From assembly GCA_051892935.1 (NCBI GenBank), contig JBJFGS010000011.1:19311-83310 (forward strand): DNA of 64,000 nucleotides. Reading direction: 5' to 3'. The stretch comes from Candidatus Coprovivens sp. (GTDB lineage: Bacteria > Bacillota_I > Bacilli_A > RF39 > UBA660). Below are positions 39,915 to 50,304 of the stretch, piece by piece; the stretch's first letter is position 1, and every line of letters begins with the position of its first letter. Both the position numbers and the translations under genes were made by a program. The notes under the pieces are model-generated. The model worked only from the letters and a program-made list of their open reading frames with translations, did no database searches and had not been told where the DNA came from.

Positions 39915-41339
39915 CTATTTGGTAGAATTAACTCGATATAATTCAAATTTATTGCCCATCATATTAAATTTTTTATTCTTTTTATCATAATCAAATATAT
40001 CAAAAAGTATTTTTACTTCACAATTCATCTTTTCTAAATTATTCATATGATTATCAAGGGTCAATACTCTATTTTTATATCCATTTTTGCACTCAAGTAT
40101 TTTCCTTACTTTATTCAAATTTGAAAAGATATTATATTTATCAAGCATTTCATTTTTTATATACTCTTTTTCTTTTTTAGAAGAACATGCAATAATTATC
40201 CAATAATGCAAATTTATTTTATTACTAAATTTAATTTTCTCCTGTCCCAATGACTTTCTACAATAATCAACATTTTTTTTCAATTTATGAATAAATGCTG
40301 AAAAATTATCTTGTTTTATATCACATAAATTTTCTATATCAATTAAGTTTTGGTGAATTCCATTTAATCCTTTTATTTCATTTCTATCAGTCTTTAATTC
40401 AATTAAATATATATCTTTTCCATCCAAAGAAACAAAAATACAATCAACTTTACCTTTATTAGTAGAATTAAAAACATAATAGTTTTCTTCAAATCTATAG
40501 ATTTTATCTACACCAAAATCTTTAAACTTTTTTAAAACTTTTTTATCGGTCATAAACTGATGTTGATAATAATTCCTTATTTCAAAGATAGTATTAATAT
40601 AATCATCAATAATTTTTTTCATAGTATTAATGATTACAGAAAGTTTCTCCATATCTAATTTACTTACAGAATAAGAAACAGCTTCATAAATCAAAGAAGT
40701 AGGTTTCTTCCATCCACTCGTACCATTTATTAAATTTTTAGTTTCGATTTTAGCATTAGAAAAATCATTTAACAAAATATATTCTATATTAATTATATTA
40801 AGAGTTTTATTCAATTTAGTTTTTTCATCATCAAAATCATTCAATCGCATTTCTTCATCAATTGAACAACAACACATTTTATTTCCATTTTTATTAATAC
40901 AATTATCATTTAAATTTACATATTTAGAATAATCCTTCATATTATTTCTAACATTTTTTAAAATAAAATCCTTATTTTTTAAAATAATACTATCATATTC
41001 CTTATAAGATTTAGTAAGAGATTTTTCATATCTAATAAGCATTTTTTTTCTTATCTTTATAAGACCATTATCAAGAAGTTGCATGCGAAATTTACTTAGT
41101 GCCTTAAATAACTTGTTCCTTGAATAATCATTTGATAAGCTATCAAGATGTTCTTCTAAAAAAGCACTATCTAATTCATAATTATTAGAACTAATTTTTA
41201 ACATTCCATCTTTTATTTCAAAAATTTTAATTCCGTTATAATAGACAAAATCACCATTTTCTCTTATTTTAATAACAAAACTTTTCTTTTTACCATTCAT
41301 TTTTTCATAAAATATTTTTCTAACTTCTTTTAATTCCAT
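39915..41339 (-). CDS. Hypothetical protein with PD-(D/E)xK-like nuclease motif
   Basis: FEENY...GKVDCIFV...IYLIELK. Confidence 0.55.
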   Translation of the reverse strand: MELKEVRKIFYEKMNGKKKSFVIKIRENGDFVYYNGIKIFEIKDGMLKISSNNYELDSAFLEEHLDSLSNDYSRNKLFKALSKFRMQLLDNGLIKIRKKMLIRYEKSLTKSYKEYDSIILKNKDFILKNVRNNMKDYSKYVNLNDNCINKNGNKMCCCSIDEEMRLNDFDDEKTKLNKTLNIINIEYILLNDFSNAKIETKNLINGTSGWKKPTSLIYEAVSYSVSKLDMEKLSVIINTMKKIIDDYINTIFEIRNYYQHQFMTDKKVLKKFKDFGVDKIYRFEENYYVFNSTNKGKVDCIFVSLDGKDIYLIELKTDRNEIKGLNGIHQNLIDIENLCDIKQDNFSAFIHKLKKNVDYCRKSLGQEKIKFSNKINLHYWIIIACSSKKEKEYIKNEMLDKYNIFSNLNKVRKILECKNGYKNRVLTLDNHMNNLEKMNCEVKILFDIFDYDKKNKKFNMMGNKFELYRVNSTK

Positions 41340-41456
41340 ATTAAATACTCCTATTTTTACAAAAAATTTTGAATCATTTACTATTTTGATAATATAATTA
41401 TATCATAAAAAATATAACTATTAATTACAATCTTAACTAAAAAAATGTCACTATAA

Positions 41457-42962
41457 CTAATGACATCTTTTTTCTAATTTCTTCTCTTGATTTTCCTTTT
41501 GCTCACTAATTGTTTTCAAAACCCTTAATAATCTTAATCTTTCAATATCTTTATCTAAATCATTCTCATCTATAAATTTTTCAACTTGAAATCTATTATT
41601 GAAAATACTAATTCCATTACTTATTCCTATATCAGCTAAAAAACGTAGAAGTGAAGAATCATCACTAGATAAGAAATGAGAATTACATAAAATACATGTC
41701 AAAGCATCTATATCAAACAAATACTTAGTAGGTTCTTCATAATATTGTTGTCTTCTAACACGATATAATGCTTTAATAAATTTTTTTGAATCTAATTGAA
41801 TACTACACATATCATATAAATCATACAATACTTCAATAAAAGACTCTCTACTAATAGCTCCATCAGTTGGTTCAATCTTTTCTCTACCAATTAATTCTAA
41901 AATTTTATTAACTTTAGTATCAGTTAATAATTTTAGTAATAAAAACATATCTAAATTTTCACTTTCAATGCTTTGTTCTAGTTTTTCTATGTTATTTACA
42001 TCAAAATATTTATAGTTTAAAGGAAAATAATTTTTGCTAGAAAGTCTACAAATCTCATCATATGTTTTGGCAAAAAAACGATAACTAAACAAAAAACTAT
42101 TATTATCATCTTTTTTACAATCAAAAGTAGGATCAAAAAAATATAATCCATCAATATCATATTTTTCATCAACCAAGTATACAAGATTTCTAACATGACC
42201 ACTCATAGAATTATAAGCTAAACAAAAAATCATACTATTTATTCCAAGTTTATCACAAACAGCTTTAAAAATATTAGCAAATCCTAAACAAACTATTTTA
42301 TCCCCTAACAATGAAGAAGTTAAATCTCTAGACAAGGTAGCTTTATCACCAACTTGCTCTTCAACATAAAATCGATCTCTAATTAAATCATAAACACATA
42401 TTAGTTCTTCAAAAGGACTATAACCATACGATTTAACTCTATTAACAATTTGATTAATTCCATAAATAGTACGTTCATATTCATTAATAGTAACTAATTC
42501 CTCATTACCAGATACTTTTAATTTTACATTAGGAAAATACTTAAAATACTCTTTTAACTCATTCAATAATTTTTCATCCAAATCAATATAACTACCCAAA
42601 ATAATATTTTTATCTTTAAATAATTCATAGTTTTTTCTCAAGAACTTTCCAATACTCTTCACATCACCAAAGAAATAAAAATCCGAATTATCAGTATAAA
42701 AAGATTGATTTTCAATCTGCTCCCTAACAATTTCATAAACTTGATGTTCATCTTCAAAAGCAAAATCTAATTTCAAAATCTCAATTGACTCTTTAACAAC
42801 TGCTAAATTAGCTTTATTATTTATCGCATCGATAAATGATTCATTGTCTTTAAAATACATATCAATTGCATAAGAATAATCTTTATATATACTAATACCA
42901 ACACTTATTTTTTCATTTAATATAGGACTGTCATTAATAAAAATATTTACATAACCACCCAT
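41457..42962 (-). CDS. Cytoplasmic transglutaminase-like (Cys-His-Asp) protein
   Basis: IVCLGFANIF...KLGI, GHVRNLV, FFDPTFD. Confidence 0.75.
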   Translation of the reverse strand: MGGYVNIFINDSPILNEKISVGISIYKDYSYAIDMYFKDNESFIDAINNKANLAVVKESIEILKLDFAFEDEHQVYEIVREQIENQSFYTDNSDFYFFGDVKSIGKFLRKNYELFKDKNIILGSYIDLDEKLLNELKEYFKYFPNVKLKVSGNEELVTINEYERTIYGINQIVNRVKSYGYSPFEELICVYDLIRDRFYVEEQVGDKATLSRDLTSSLLGDKIVCLGFANIFKAVCDKLGINSMIFCLAYNSMSGHVRNLVYLVDEKYDIDGLYFFDPTFDCKKDDNNSFLFSYRFFAKTYDEICRLSSKNYFPLNYKYFDVNNIEKLEQSIESENLDMFLLLKLLTDTKVNKILELIGREKIEPTDGAISRESFIEVLYDLYDMCSIQLDSKKFIKALYRVRRQQYYEEPTKYLFDIDALTCILCNSHFLSSDDSSLLRFLADIGISNGISIFNNRFQVEKFIDENDLDKDIERLRLLRVLKTISEQKENQEKKLEKRCH

Positions 42963-43045
42963 ATAAAACACCCCTTAAAGCAAGAGAATAATACCATACT
43001 TGCCAAATAAAAACAAATATTTCCCCATTTAAAAGCATTAATTAA

Positions 43046-43074
43046 TTGACTTTATGCTTTACTTGTGTTAAAGT
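43046..43074 (+). promoter_or_regulatory. Sigma-A promoter of rpmB
   Basis: TTGACT-N17-TAAAGT with extended -10 TG. Confidence 0.65.
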
Positions 43075-43106
43075 TGGTAATGAAATGAATTTAAGGAGGC
43101 GTAACT

Positions 43107-43283
43107 ATGGCAAAAAAAGTAAGTACAAAAAAACCTTTAAGTGGTAATAGAAGAAGTCATGCTTTAAATGCAACTAAACATGCTCAAAAGCCAAACTTCC
43201 AAAAAGTAACTATCAATGGTACAAAAGTTGTTTTAACTGCTAGAGAAGCTAGAACAATGAAAAAAGAAGAAGAACAATCATAA
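43107..43283 (+). CDS. rpmB: 50S ribosomal protein L28 (cysteine-free form)
   Basis: Missed by the ORF track; AAGGAGG RBS; MAKKVSTKKPLSGNRRSHALNATKHAQKPNFQKVTINGTKVVLTAREARTMKKEEEQS. Confidence 0.93.
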   Translation: MAKKVSTKKPLSGNRRSHALNATKHAQKPNFQKVTINGTKVVLTAREARTMKKEEEQS

Positions 43284-43303
43284 TTAATTATAATTATACA
43301 AAT

Positions 43304-43331
43304 TAAAAAGTTCTCTAAAGAACTTTTTTTT
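43304..43331. terminator. Terminator between convergent rpmB and rpoZ
   Basis: aaaaagttct-ctaa-agaacttttttt. Confidence 0.75.
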
Positions 43332-43379
43332 GTGTAATAATTTATAATAGCAAAACTATTTAACAAAAAAAATTAACTA

Positions 43380-43583
43380 CTATTTAATAGTAATTAATCC
43401 CTTTTCCACTTCCTCTAAAGCACGCCCTATTTCTTTTTTGTTAACATATTCATTTTGTTTCATTTGAAAATGTTTATTTTCTAACATTTGTTTACTTCTT
43501 CTAGAAGCAATATGAACAAGTTTGTACTTAGAATCGACAATATTTAATAATTTGTCTATAGATGGATACATCACATTAATCAC
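43380..43583 (-). CDS. rpoZ: RNA polymerase omega subunit (start probably a few codons inside)
   Basis: MYPSIDKLLNIVDSKYKLVHIASRRSKQ...ALEEV. Confidence 0.95.
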   Translation of the reverse strand: MINVMYPSIDKLLNIVDSKYKLVHIASRRSKQMLENKHFQMKQNEYVNKKEIGRALEEVEKGLITIK

Positions 43584-43670
43584 GCCCTTACACTAATATC
43601 ATACATAATTTTTACATATTTATATAGTATTTAAACATTTTTTTACAAATATTTTACAAAAAAAGAAAGG

Positions 43671-44039
43671 TTATTCTTCAATAACCTTTGCAGAGATAGT
43701 ACCATCTTCTTTATAAACTAATTTTATTTTTAAACCATTTAAATTATTCTTACTATTTCTAGGATCACTTACATTCCCCTCAGTATCATCAGCAACATAA
43801 TAACCATTTTCTACTAAATCACCCAAAGTTATTATTAAACTTCCATCTTCTTTTAATGCACTTAATGTTTGCCCGTATAATTCAGCTTGTCTTTCTGCAA
43901 CAGCTACAATTTGATTGAAATAAATTCCTGAACGATCTTTATAAGCATAAGATGTCGAAGATAATATAACAATCGTAAAAAGTCCTAACACTCCAATAAT
44001 AGATAACAATTCAATTGTCGTATAACCATTCTTATTCAT
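43671..44039 (-). CDS. Type IV prepilin-like protein
   Basis: MNKNG/YTTIELL class III signal peptide followed by a hydrophobic helix. Confidence 0.85.
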   Translation of the reverse strand: MNKNGYTTIELLSIIGVLGLFTIVILSSTSYAYKDRSGIYFNQIVAVAERQAELYGQTLSALKEDGSLIITLGDLVENGYYVADDTEGNVSDPRNSKNNLNGLKIKLVYKEDGTISAKVIEE

Positions 44040-44116
44040 ATACTTCACCCATAATAATTATATCATATATTATCAAGTATTTATAAAAAAGTAATTTAAT
44101 AAATTACTAAATTACT

Positions 44117-45091
44117 TTAATTTTGGAAATTAATCTGTTCATTTTTTATTAATGAATAACAAATAAGTTTATCAGAAGTTAAATCCTCCTTATGCATATC
44201 CACAGCATTAATTTGATGATTATCATAAGTAGTATAATAATATATTCCTTTATCAGTATTACAACAAGATGTATAAATTGTTATTTCATATTTATTATCA
44301 CCTAAATTGCAGCATCCTCTTTGTTGATCAACTGAATTCAAAATATGAAAAAATTGACTAACGCTTTGCTCTTCTGAATCTTGTGAAAGAGAATTCATTT
44401 TTACAAAAGCTACCCTAACAAATCTTGATTGACTTGATAAGTCTCCAGGTAAACCAATAGCTCCCATTCCTCGACTATACTTATCAAGTTGAAGATCACC
44501 ACCAAAATTACAATCAGTATCCTTATTAGATAAATGCCTATAATTATTTAAAGCAGCCATTTGTTTATCAAAAGGCGGATTATTTGTTAAAACACCAACA
44601 GGATTATCATAAACTTTAATACCATCACTTACCGACTCAACAGTAATTGATTCATTCTTATCAGATATAATCCAATGCAATTGTGCTAATGGTAATTGCT
44701 CATTAAAAGGAACATTCAAAAAATTAATTTTTTCAATTAACACTTTCGCTTCACTAACATTAGAACATTGACACAAAATCCATGGAATAAACTCAAATTG
44801 AGCTATATTATCCTTACCATCAACCATATCATGATATTTAGCATTACCTACAAAATTAAGACCCGCAATACCTAATCCTTTTTCATTAACAGCATCATAA
44901 TACAAAGGATATTCTTCAGTTACATAGGCCATTCCAATAATAGCATAATGATTTTTTATACTATCTTTTTTCCTAAAATGAAATTCATAATTCCTAGGAG
45001 TAACAACAACCTCATCTCCATAAGAAAACTCATAATCTAAAGTACGACCAAAATAAAAATCTTTCGTTTTATAAGTTGCAGCAGTACACAT
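44117..45091 (-). CDS. bsh: Choloylglycine hydrolase (bile salt hydrolase family)
   Basis: MCTAATY...YFGRTLDYE (N-terminal nucleophile Cys), DAVNEKGL, VLTNNPPF, GLPGDLSSQSRFVR. Confidence 0.9.
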   Translation of the reverse strand: MCTAATYKTKDFYFGRTLDYEFSYGDEVVVTPRNYEFHFRKKDSIKNHYAIIGMAYVTEEYPLYYDAVNEKGLGIAGLNFVGNAKYHDMVDGKDNIAQFEFIPWILCQCSNVSEAKVLIEKINFLNVPFNEQLPLAQLHWIISDKNESITVESVSDGIKVYDNPVGVLTNNPPFDKQMAALNNYRHLSNKDTDCNFGGDLQLDKYSRGMGAIGLPGDLSSQSRFVRVAFVKMNSLSQDSEEQSVSQFFHILNSVDQQRGCCNLGDNKYEITIYTSCCNTDKGIYYYTTYDNHQINAVDMHKEDLTSDKLICYSLIKNEQINFQN

Positions 45092-45194
45092 AAAACACAT
45101 TCCTCCAATTCAATTATATTATAACACTAATATAGAAATATACTAATTAATAATTATGAAAATTCAACTATTTAAAAAAGGTCAAAAGACCTTT

Positions 45195-45482
45195 TTAATA
45201 ACCACACTTATTATCATAAACATTACATACTTCATCTTCCATAGTACAAGTATACATTGGCTGATAAGTATGTCTATATATATGATGATTAATAATTCTA
45301 GTATTTACTGGAATAATATGTGGCACTTCATAACACATTTGTCTATGACAAACTCTCTCTTGTGGACATTCCATAACAGGAGGACATGTTGAACCATTAT
45401 CACAACATCTCATCATTCCACAATCACTTTGCATATTACATGAATCAACACTATCATTTTCAAAACATTTATTAAAAAACAT
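45195..45482 (-). CDS. CotD-like Cys/His-rich spore coat protein
   Basis: PVMECPQERVCHR..YEVPHIIPVNTRIINHHIYRH. Confidence 0.7.
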   Translation of the reverse strand: MFFNKCFENDSVDSCNMQSDCGMMRCCDNGSTCPPVMECPQERVCHRQMCYEVPHIIPVNTRIINHHIYRHTYQPMYTCTMEDEVCNVYDNKCGY

Positions 45483-45503
45483 AAAAACTTTCCTTTCTAC
45501 TTT

Positions 45504-45530
45504 ATCTTATGTAAAAAGTCGTTTTTATGT
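45504..45530 (-). promoter_or_regulatory. Possible sigma-K-type promoter of the CotD-like gene
   Basis: Minus strand ACA-N16-CATAAGAT; no TATAAT nearby. Confidence 0.45.
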
Positions 45531-45542
45531 TTTATATTTTAA

Positions 45543-46688
45543 TTAAAAATCAATATCTACTTCTTTAAGTATAAATCTATATATTTCATTACCAGAAACT
45601 AATACAAAAATACATTTTTGATTTTTTACTAATTCATTATAGATAATTGGTTTATTAACAAGTCTTTGTGCATCAAGTAATTCAGAAAAACTATAACAAT
45701 CAATAACTGAATAACCATCACTACTAGGAACATTTTTACTATTAACAATAATACTGTCATGTTCTCTTAATAAACCATCTCTTAACCTCATATATTTAGT
45801 TTTCTTTGGTGTAGTTTTAAAAATAAAACTCAACATAGTCAATAAGAAAATTGTATCTACAATTAATAATACTATACCAATAAATAGTAATGGCTCATTA
45901 ATTAACTCAGAACCAACATGTTGAATATATGTATGACTACCATCAACTTTTTCAGTCATTGCAACATCTACTTGAGTTGATAAAATAGGAATCTTAACCT
46001 CTATTACATCACTATGTTTTAAATCCTTTTTAAACTTATCATTAGATACATCGATATCTATATATAGCCTTAAATAAATATTTCCATTAATATCAGCATT
46101 TAAATCCTGAAGCTCACTTGAATCTTTTAATGTTTTAGCTAAATCATTATATGAATCATAATCTAAATTAACATTCTGAACAAAATTAAGAATTTTAGTA
46201 TTCTTTATTTCCTTAGAAGTCTCAGGAATTAATTTATTAAATTTTTGTGATAAAATATCACCTGTTTTATTATCTCTCAACTCCATTACTGTATCAACAT
46301 AATAAGTATATTTAATATTTGATACATCATCGAGTTCAAAATCATATTTAAAATCAGTACTAATATCATCAATGAAACCTGCAATATAAGTATCAACAGG
46401 ATTCAATTCTCCTTGATTAAATAAATTATTTTCCAATAAACTAACATTATAGTCTATACTTGCTTTCTCACTATAATTTAATTCAATATTTTTTTCTTCT
46501 GAAAAACTTTCATCAAAACATCTATAGGCTAAAACAGCTAATACCACAATACATAAAATCATCAAGGCAATTCTCACTTGATAAGATAAATAAAAATGAT
46601 GTCCATATTCTACATACTTTTCCCTATTAGAATATACTTTTTTCATTTTTTCAAAATCAGCATCTTTTACTTTTAAATTTTTCTTCAT
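45543..46688 (-). CDS. Two-TM membrane protein (DUF5305-like)
   Basis: TM, large external domain, TM, and a cytoplasmic tail with SFSELLDAQRLVNKPIIY. Confidence 0.7.
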   Translation of the reverse strand: MKKNLKVKDADFEKMKKVYSNREKYVEYGHHFYLSYQVRIALMILCIVVLAVLAYRCFDESFSEEKNIELNYSEKASIDYNVSLLENNLFNQGELNPVDTYIAGFIDDISTDFKYDFELDDVSNIKYTYYVDTVMELRDNKTGDILSQKFNKLIPETSKEIKNTKILNFVQNVNLDYDSYNDLAKTLKDSSELQDLNADINGNIYLRLYIDIDVSNDKFKKDLKHSDVIEVKIPILSTQVDVAMTEKVDGSHTYIQHVGSELINEPLLFIGIVLLIVDTIFLLTMLSFIFKTTPKKTKYMRLRDGLLREHDSIIVNSKNVPSSDGYSVIDCYSFSELLDAQRLVNKPIIYNELVKNQKCIFVLVSGNEIYRFILKEVDIDF

Positions 46689-46701
46689 TTAACTCACCTT
46701 T

Positions 46702-47244
46702 TTATCCTATTTTTTCAAATTCAATTTTTATATTAATATCATCCAAATTTATATATTGTGGAAGCATATTTTCATCATATAATTGCTCTTTATATATAGT
46801 AACAACTTTAATATTATTAACTAATGTTCCGGCTTTAATAACATCTCCCTCACTCAAGTTAACAACGGACACATCAACATAATCACCATATTCTTCAATT
46901 CCATTAACTTCTATATTTTTAACTTTAGCAGGAACATTTCCTTCGTTTTTGATATCAAACTGAAATTGACCATAATTATTAACTCTATTCAATTTAAGTG
47001 CATATCTAATATTATAATCTTTTCCAACTGGCTGTTTTAAAATAGAATTATTAACATCATCTACAGCCAAAGTAGAAATATTTTCTATATCAACACTCCA
47101 AATCTCTTCTTTTAAAACAGAAGTGCCTTTTAAAGAATTAGATAAACCTAATATCCCAAAACAAGAAAATAAACTAAAAACCGAAATCACAACTGCAAAT
47201 AATATTATAGTAGTAATCTTCTTCATAGGTTTCATATTGCACAT
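46702..47244 (-). CDS. Exported hypothetical protein
   Basis: N-terminal hydrophobic segment; FDIKNEGNVPAKV Ig-like strand. Confidence 0.65.
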   Translation of the reverse strand: MCNMKPMKKITTIILFAVVISVFSLFSCFGILGLSNSLKGTSVLKEEIWSVDIENISTLAVDDVNNSILKQPVGKDYNIRYALKLNRVNNYGQFQFDIKNEGNVPAKVKNIEVNGIEEYGDYVDVSVVNLSEGDVIKAGTLVNNIKVVTIYKEQLYDENMLPQYINLDDINIKIEFEKIG

Positions 47245-47312
47245 CCTAATCTATATATTAGTATATCATATAATAATTATTTTTAAAATAAAAAGTAACT
47301 ATAAAAGTTACT

Positions 47313-48620
47313 TTAAAAAGGTAGTTTCATATTACCATTACTCATCATTTTCATCATTTTTTTCATTTGTTCAAACTGATTAAGTAATCTATTTATTTCA
47401 GCAACATCTCTTCCACATCCTTTACTAATACGTTGTTTTCTACTAGCTTTAAGAACTTCAGGATGTTTTCTTTCATAAGGAGTCATTGAAAGAATAATTG
47501 CTTCAATATGCGCCATATCTTTTGGATTTATACTAACATTATTCAACCCCATTTGCCTTGCTTGAGGAAGCATTTTAATAATATTCTCTAAAGGGCCCAG
47601 TTTCTTAATTTGTTTTAAATTAGCTAAAAAATCCTCTAAGTCATATTTACCACTAAGCATTTTTTTAGCTTGATCTTTTGCTTCATCTTCTGAAATAATG
47701 CCTTCAACTTTTTCTGCAATTGACAAAACATCCCCCATATCCAAAATACGTTCAGCCATTCTCTCTGGATAAAAAGCAGACAATCCATCTAATTTTTCTG
47801 AATCACCAACAAATTTAATAGGAACATTAGTTAAATGTCTAACAGATAATGCAACACCACCTTTAGTATCACCATCCATTTTAGTCAAAATACAACCAGT
47901 CAATGATAATTTATCATTAAACCCTTTTATAACATTAATTGCATCCTGTCCCATCATTGCATCAATAACCAACAACGTTTCTTGAGGATGACATAAATCA
48001 ACTATTCCAGTCAGTTCATCCATTAATTCTTCATCGATATGCAAACGACCAGCAGTATCTATGATAATATAGTCATTACCATTATCTTTAGCATATTTCA
48101 AAGCATTACTAACAATAGTATTTACTTCAATCTTACCTTCAGTATAAACAGGTATATTAAGTTGTTTTCCAACAGTTTGTAACTGTTCAATCGCAGCAGG
48201 TCTATAAATATCACAAGCTACTAATAAAGGCTTTTTAGCATGCTTCTTTCTTAAAAAATTAGCAAACTTACCACAAGTAGTAGTTTTACCACTACCTTGT
48301 AATCCAACAAGCATTAAAATAGCAGGATTACCTTGTAAATTAAGTTCAACATTATCTCCACCTAATAATTCAACCAATTCATCCTTAACAATTTTTATAA
48401 ACAACTCATCAGGTTTCAAAGATTTTTGAACTTCCATTCCCAAAGCTTTATCTTTTACTTTATTAACAAATTCTTTAACTACTTGATAATTAACATCAGC
48501 TTCTAATAAAGCCATTCTTATTTCTCTTATTGCTTCAGTAATATTCTCTTCAGTAATTCTACCCATACCACGAATATTCTTTATAGCATTAGATAATCTA
48601 TCTCCCATATATTCAAACAT
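47313..48620 (-). CDS. ffh: Signal recognition particle protein
   Basis: ALLEADVN, GLQGSGKTT, DTAGR, TKMDGD, Met-rich M domain. Confidence 0.98.
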   Translation of the reverse strand: MFEYMGDRLSNAIKNIRGMGRITEENITEAIREIRMALLEADVNYQVVKEFVNKVKDKALGMEVQKSLKPDELFIKIVKDELVELLGGDNVELNLQGNPAILMLVGLQGSGKTTTCGKFANFLRKKHAKKPLLVACDIYRPAAIEQLQTVGKQLNIPVYTEGKIEVNTIVSNALKYAKDNGNDYIIIDTAGRLHIDEELMDELTGIVDLCHPQETLLVIDAMMGQDAINVIKGFNDKLSLTGCILTKMDGDTKGGVALSVRHLTNVPIKFVGDSEKLDGLSAFYPERMAERILDMGDVLSIAEKVEGIISEDEAKDQAKKMLSGKYDLEDFLANLKQIKKLGPLENIIKMLPQARQMGLNNVSINPKDMAHIEAIILSMTPYERKHPEVLKASRKQRISKGCGRDVAEINRLLNQFEQMKKMMKMMSNGNMKLPF

Positions 48621-48681
48621 TTTAATCACCTAATAGTTAGTATAACAAAAAAAGATAGAATAATCTATCTTTTAACTTTTA

Positions 48682-50247
48682 TTAATTAATATTTTCTAAT
48701 TTCTTTTTATTTCTATAAATAATTGTTGCACTAATAGCCAAAACTATAAATAAAATTATACTAATAAATGCAACAGTTTCTGGATTTTCAACAATAAATG
48801 TAGCTTCAATAGTAACATCAGCATTAGGCATTGTAAAAGTATTATTAGTAAAAGTTAAAACATTTCCTTTAGAATCTGTAACTTTAACTTCACTTAAGAT
48901 AAAACCAGGATTAGGAGTAATTGTAAATCTTATTTCATCTCCAAAATTAGCATTTACTTTTGTTGCTTCTATTTTACCATTACCATCTGTTTTAGTTTCA
49001 ATATTATGAATAGTAGAAAAATACAAAACTACCCCTTTAGACTCAAAAGGTGGTGGAGAAGAAGAAACTAAAGCATCTTTCATATTAATAGGTTCATCTA
49101 GAGGCTTTTTAGGTGGTTCATTGACATCATTTTTCTTTTCACCCCATTGTCTTTTTTGAGAAGAATCTGCTTTTTCTATTCCATCCATCATTGGGATGTT
49201 TGAACTTGTTTCATTTACTTCTGATCCAGTTAAAACAAATCCACTTTCATCTAAATTGATTAAATGTTCACCCCAAAAATAATCAACATCATCATAATAA
49301 TTATTTATATTTTCTTTTTCTAAGATATTTGCATCTTTATCAATAATTACTAAATAAGAAAAGTATTCTGATTCAGAAGTTTCACTAGAACCTTCTATTG
49401 TCGTATCAGCTTCAGCAACAACATCAACACTTTCTGAAATATCACTCATTATAAATATAAAATTACCATTATGTTCAATACCATCTCTTATAAAAGTATT
49501 ATTATAAATTTTCATCCATTCTTCTTTATTATCTTTATTAATATAAACTAGCATTGAACGATTAGAATAAAAACTATTTAAGCCATAAATATATCCATCT
49601 CCAAAATTAGAAACAAAAGTCGGATAAAAGTATTCTTCATTATAATCGTAATAATTTCCAATATTTACATATTTATCTACCATTTTTTGAATATCATCAG
49701 TATATTCATCATTTACAACTTCAATAACATCTATTCCAGAACCAAAATCCTTTTTAATTTTTATAATAGAATCATCATATGAATCAGAAATAACATAGAT
49801 AAATTTTTCATCTTCCTCAAAATAAATTTCATCTTCCCAATCAAAGTACTCTGTTGAAAGAGAACTATATTCATAATTATTTAAATCTTTATCTACTAAA
49901 AATACAGATAAGGTATCCCATCTAATACCAACAACCAAATAGCCATCATCAACTTCATAAACACGCTTAGCCATTGTCGATTCTTCATCAAGGACTAATT
50001 CTTTTACAGTTTTACCATTATCATCAAAAGACTTAATAACAGCATATTCATCAGCATAAAACCCCGTAGCAATAAATCCATTATCTACCTTAAGTACATC
50101 ATTTGTAATATAAGAATCCCAATAAACCATATCTACATCCTTATTACTCCAACGATAATTATAATATTTACTCACAGCACCTACAATTCCCATAAGCACA
50201 ACAAAAGATAGAACAACAAGTAATAACATTTTTTTCTTATTTTTCAT
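48682..50247 (-). CDS. Surface protein with C-terminal InlB-B-like repeat domain and NPET anchor
   Basis: Signal peptide; FTMPNADVTIEATF; NPET, TM, RNKKK. Confidence 0.75.
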   Translation of the reverse strand: MKNKKKMLLLVVLSFVVLMGIVGAVSKYYNYRWSNKDVDMVYWDSYITNDVLKVDNGFIATGFYADEYAVIKSFDDNGKTVKELVLDEESTMAKRVYEVDDGYLVVGIRWDTLSVFLVDKDLNNYEYSSLSTEYFDWEDEIYFEEDEKFIYVISDSYDDSIIKIKKDFGSGIDVIEVVNDEYTDDIQKMVDKYVNIGNYYDYNEEYFYPTFVSNFGDGYIYGLNSFYSNRSMLVYINKDNKEEWMKIYNNTFIRDGIEHNGNFIFIMSDISESVDVVAEADTTIEGSSETSESEYFSYLVIIDKDANILEKENINNYYDDVDYFWGEHLINLDESGFVLTGSEVNETSSNIPMMDGIEKADSSQKRQWGEKKNDVNEPPKKPLDEPINMKDALVSSSPPPFESKGVVLYFSTIHNIETKTDGNGKIEATKVNANFGDEIRFTITPNPGFILSEVKVTDSKGNVLTFTNNTFTMPNADVTIEATFIVENPETVAFISIILFIVLAISATIIYRNKKKLENIN

Positions 50248-50304
50248 TTACCTACACCTCATCTATTGTAAATATTATAACATTTTTTACAAAATAAATA
50301 TACA

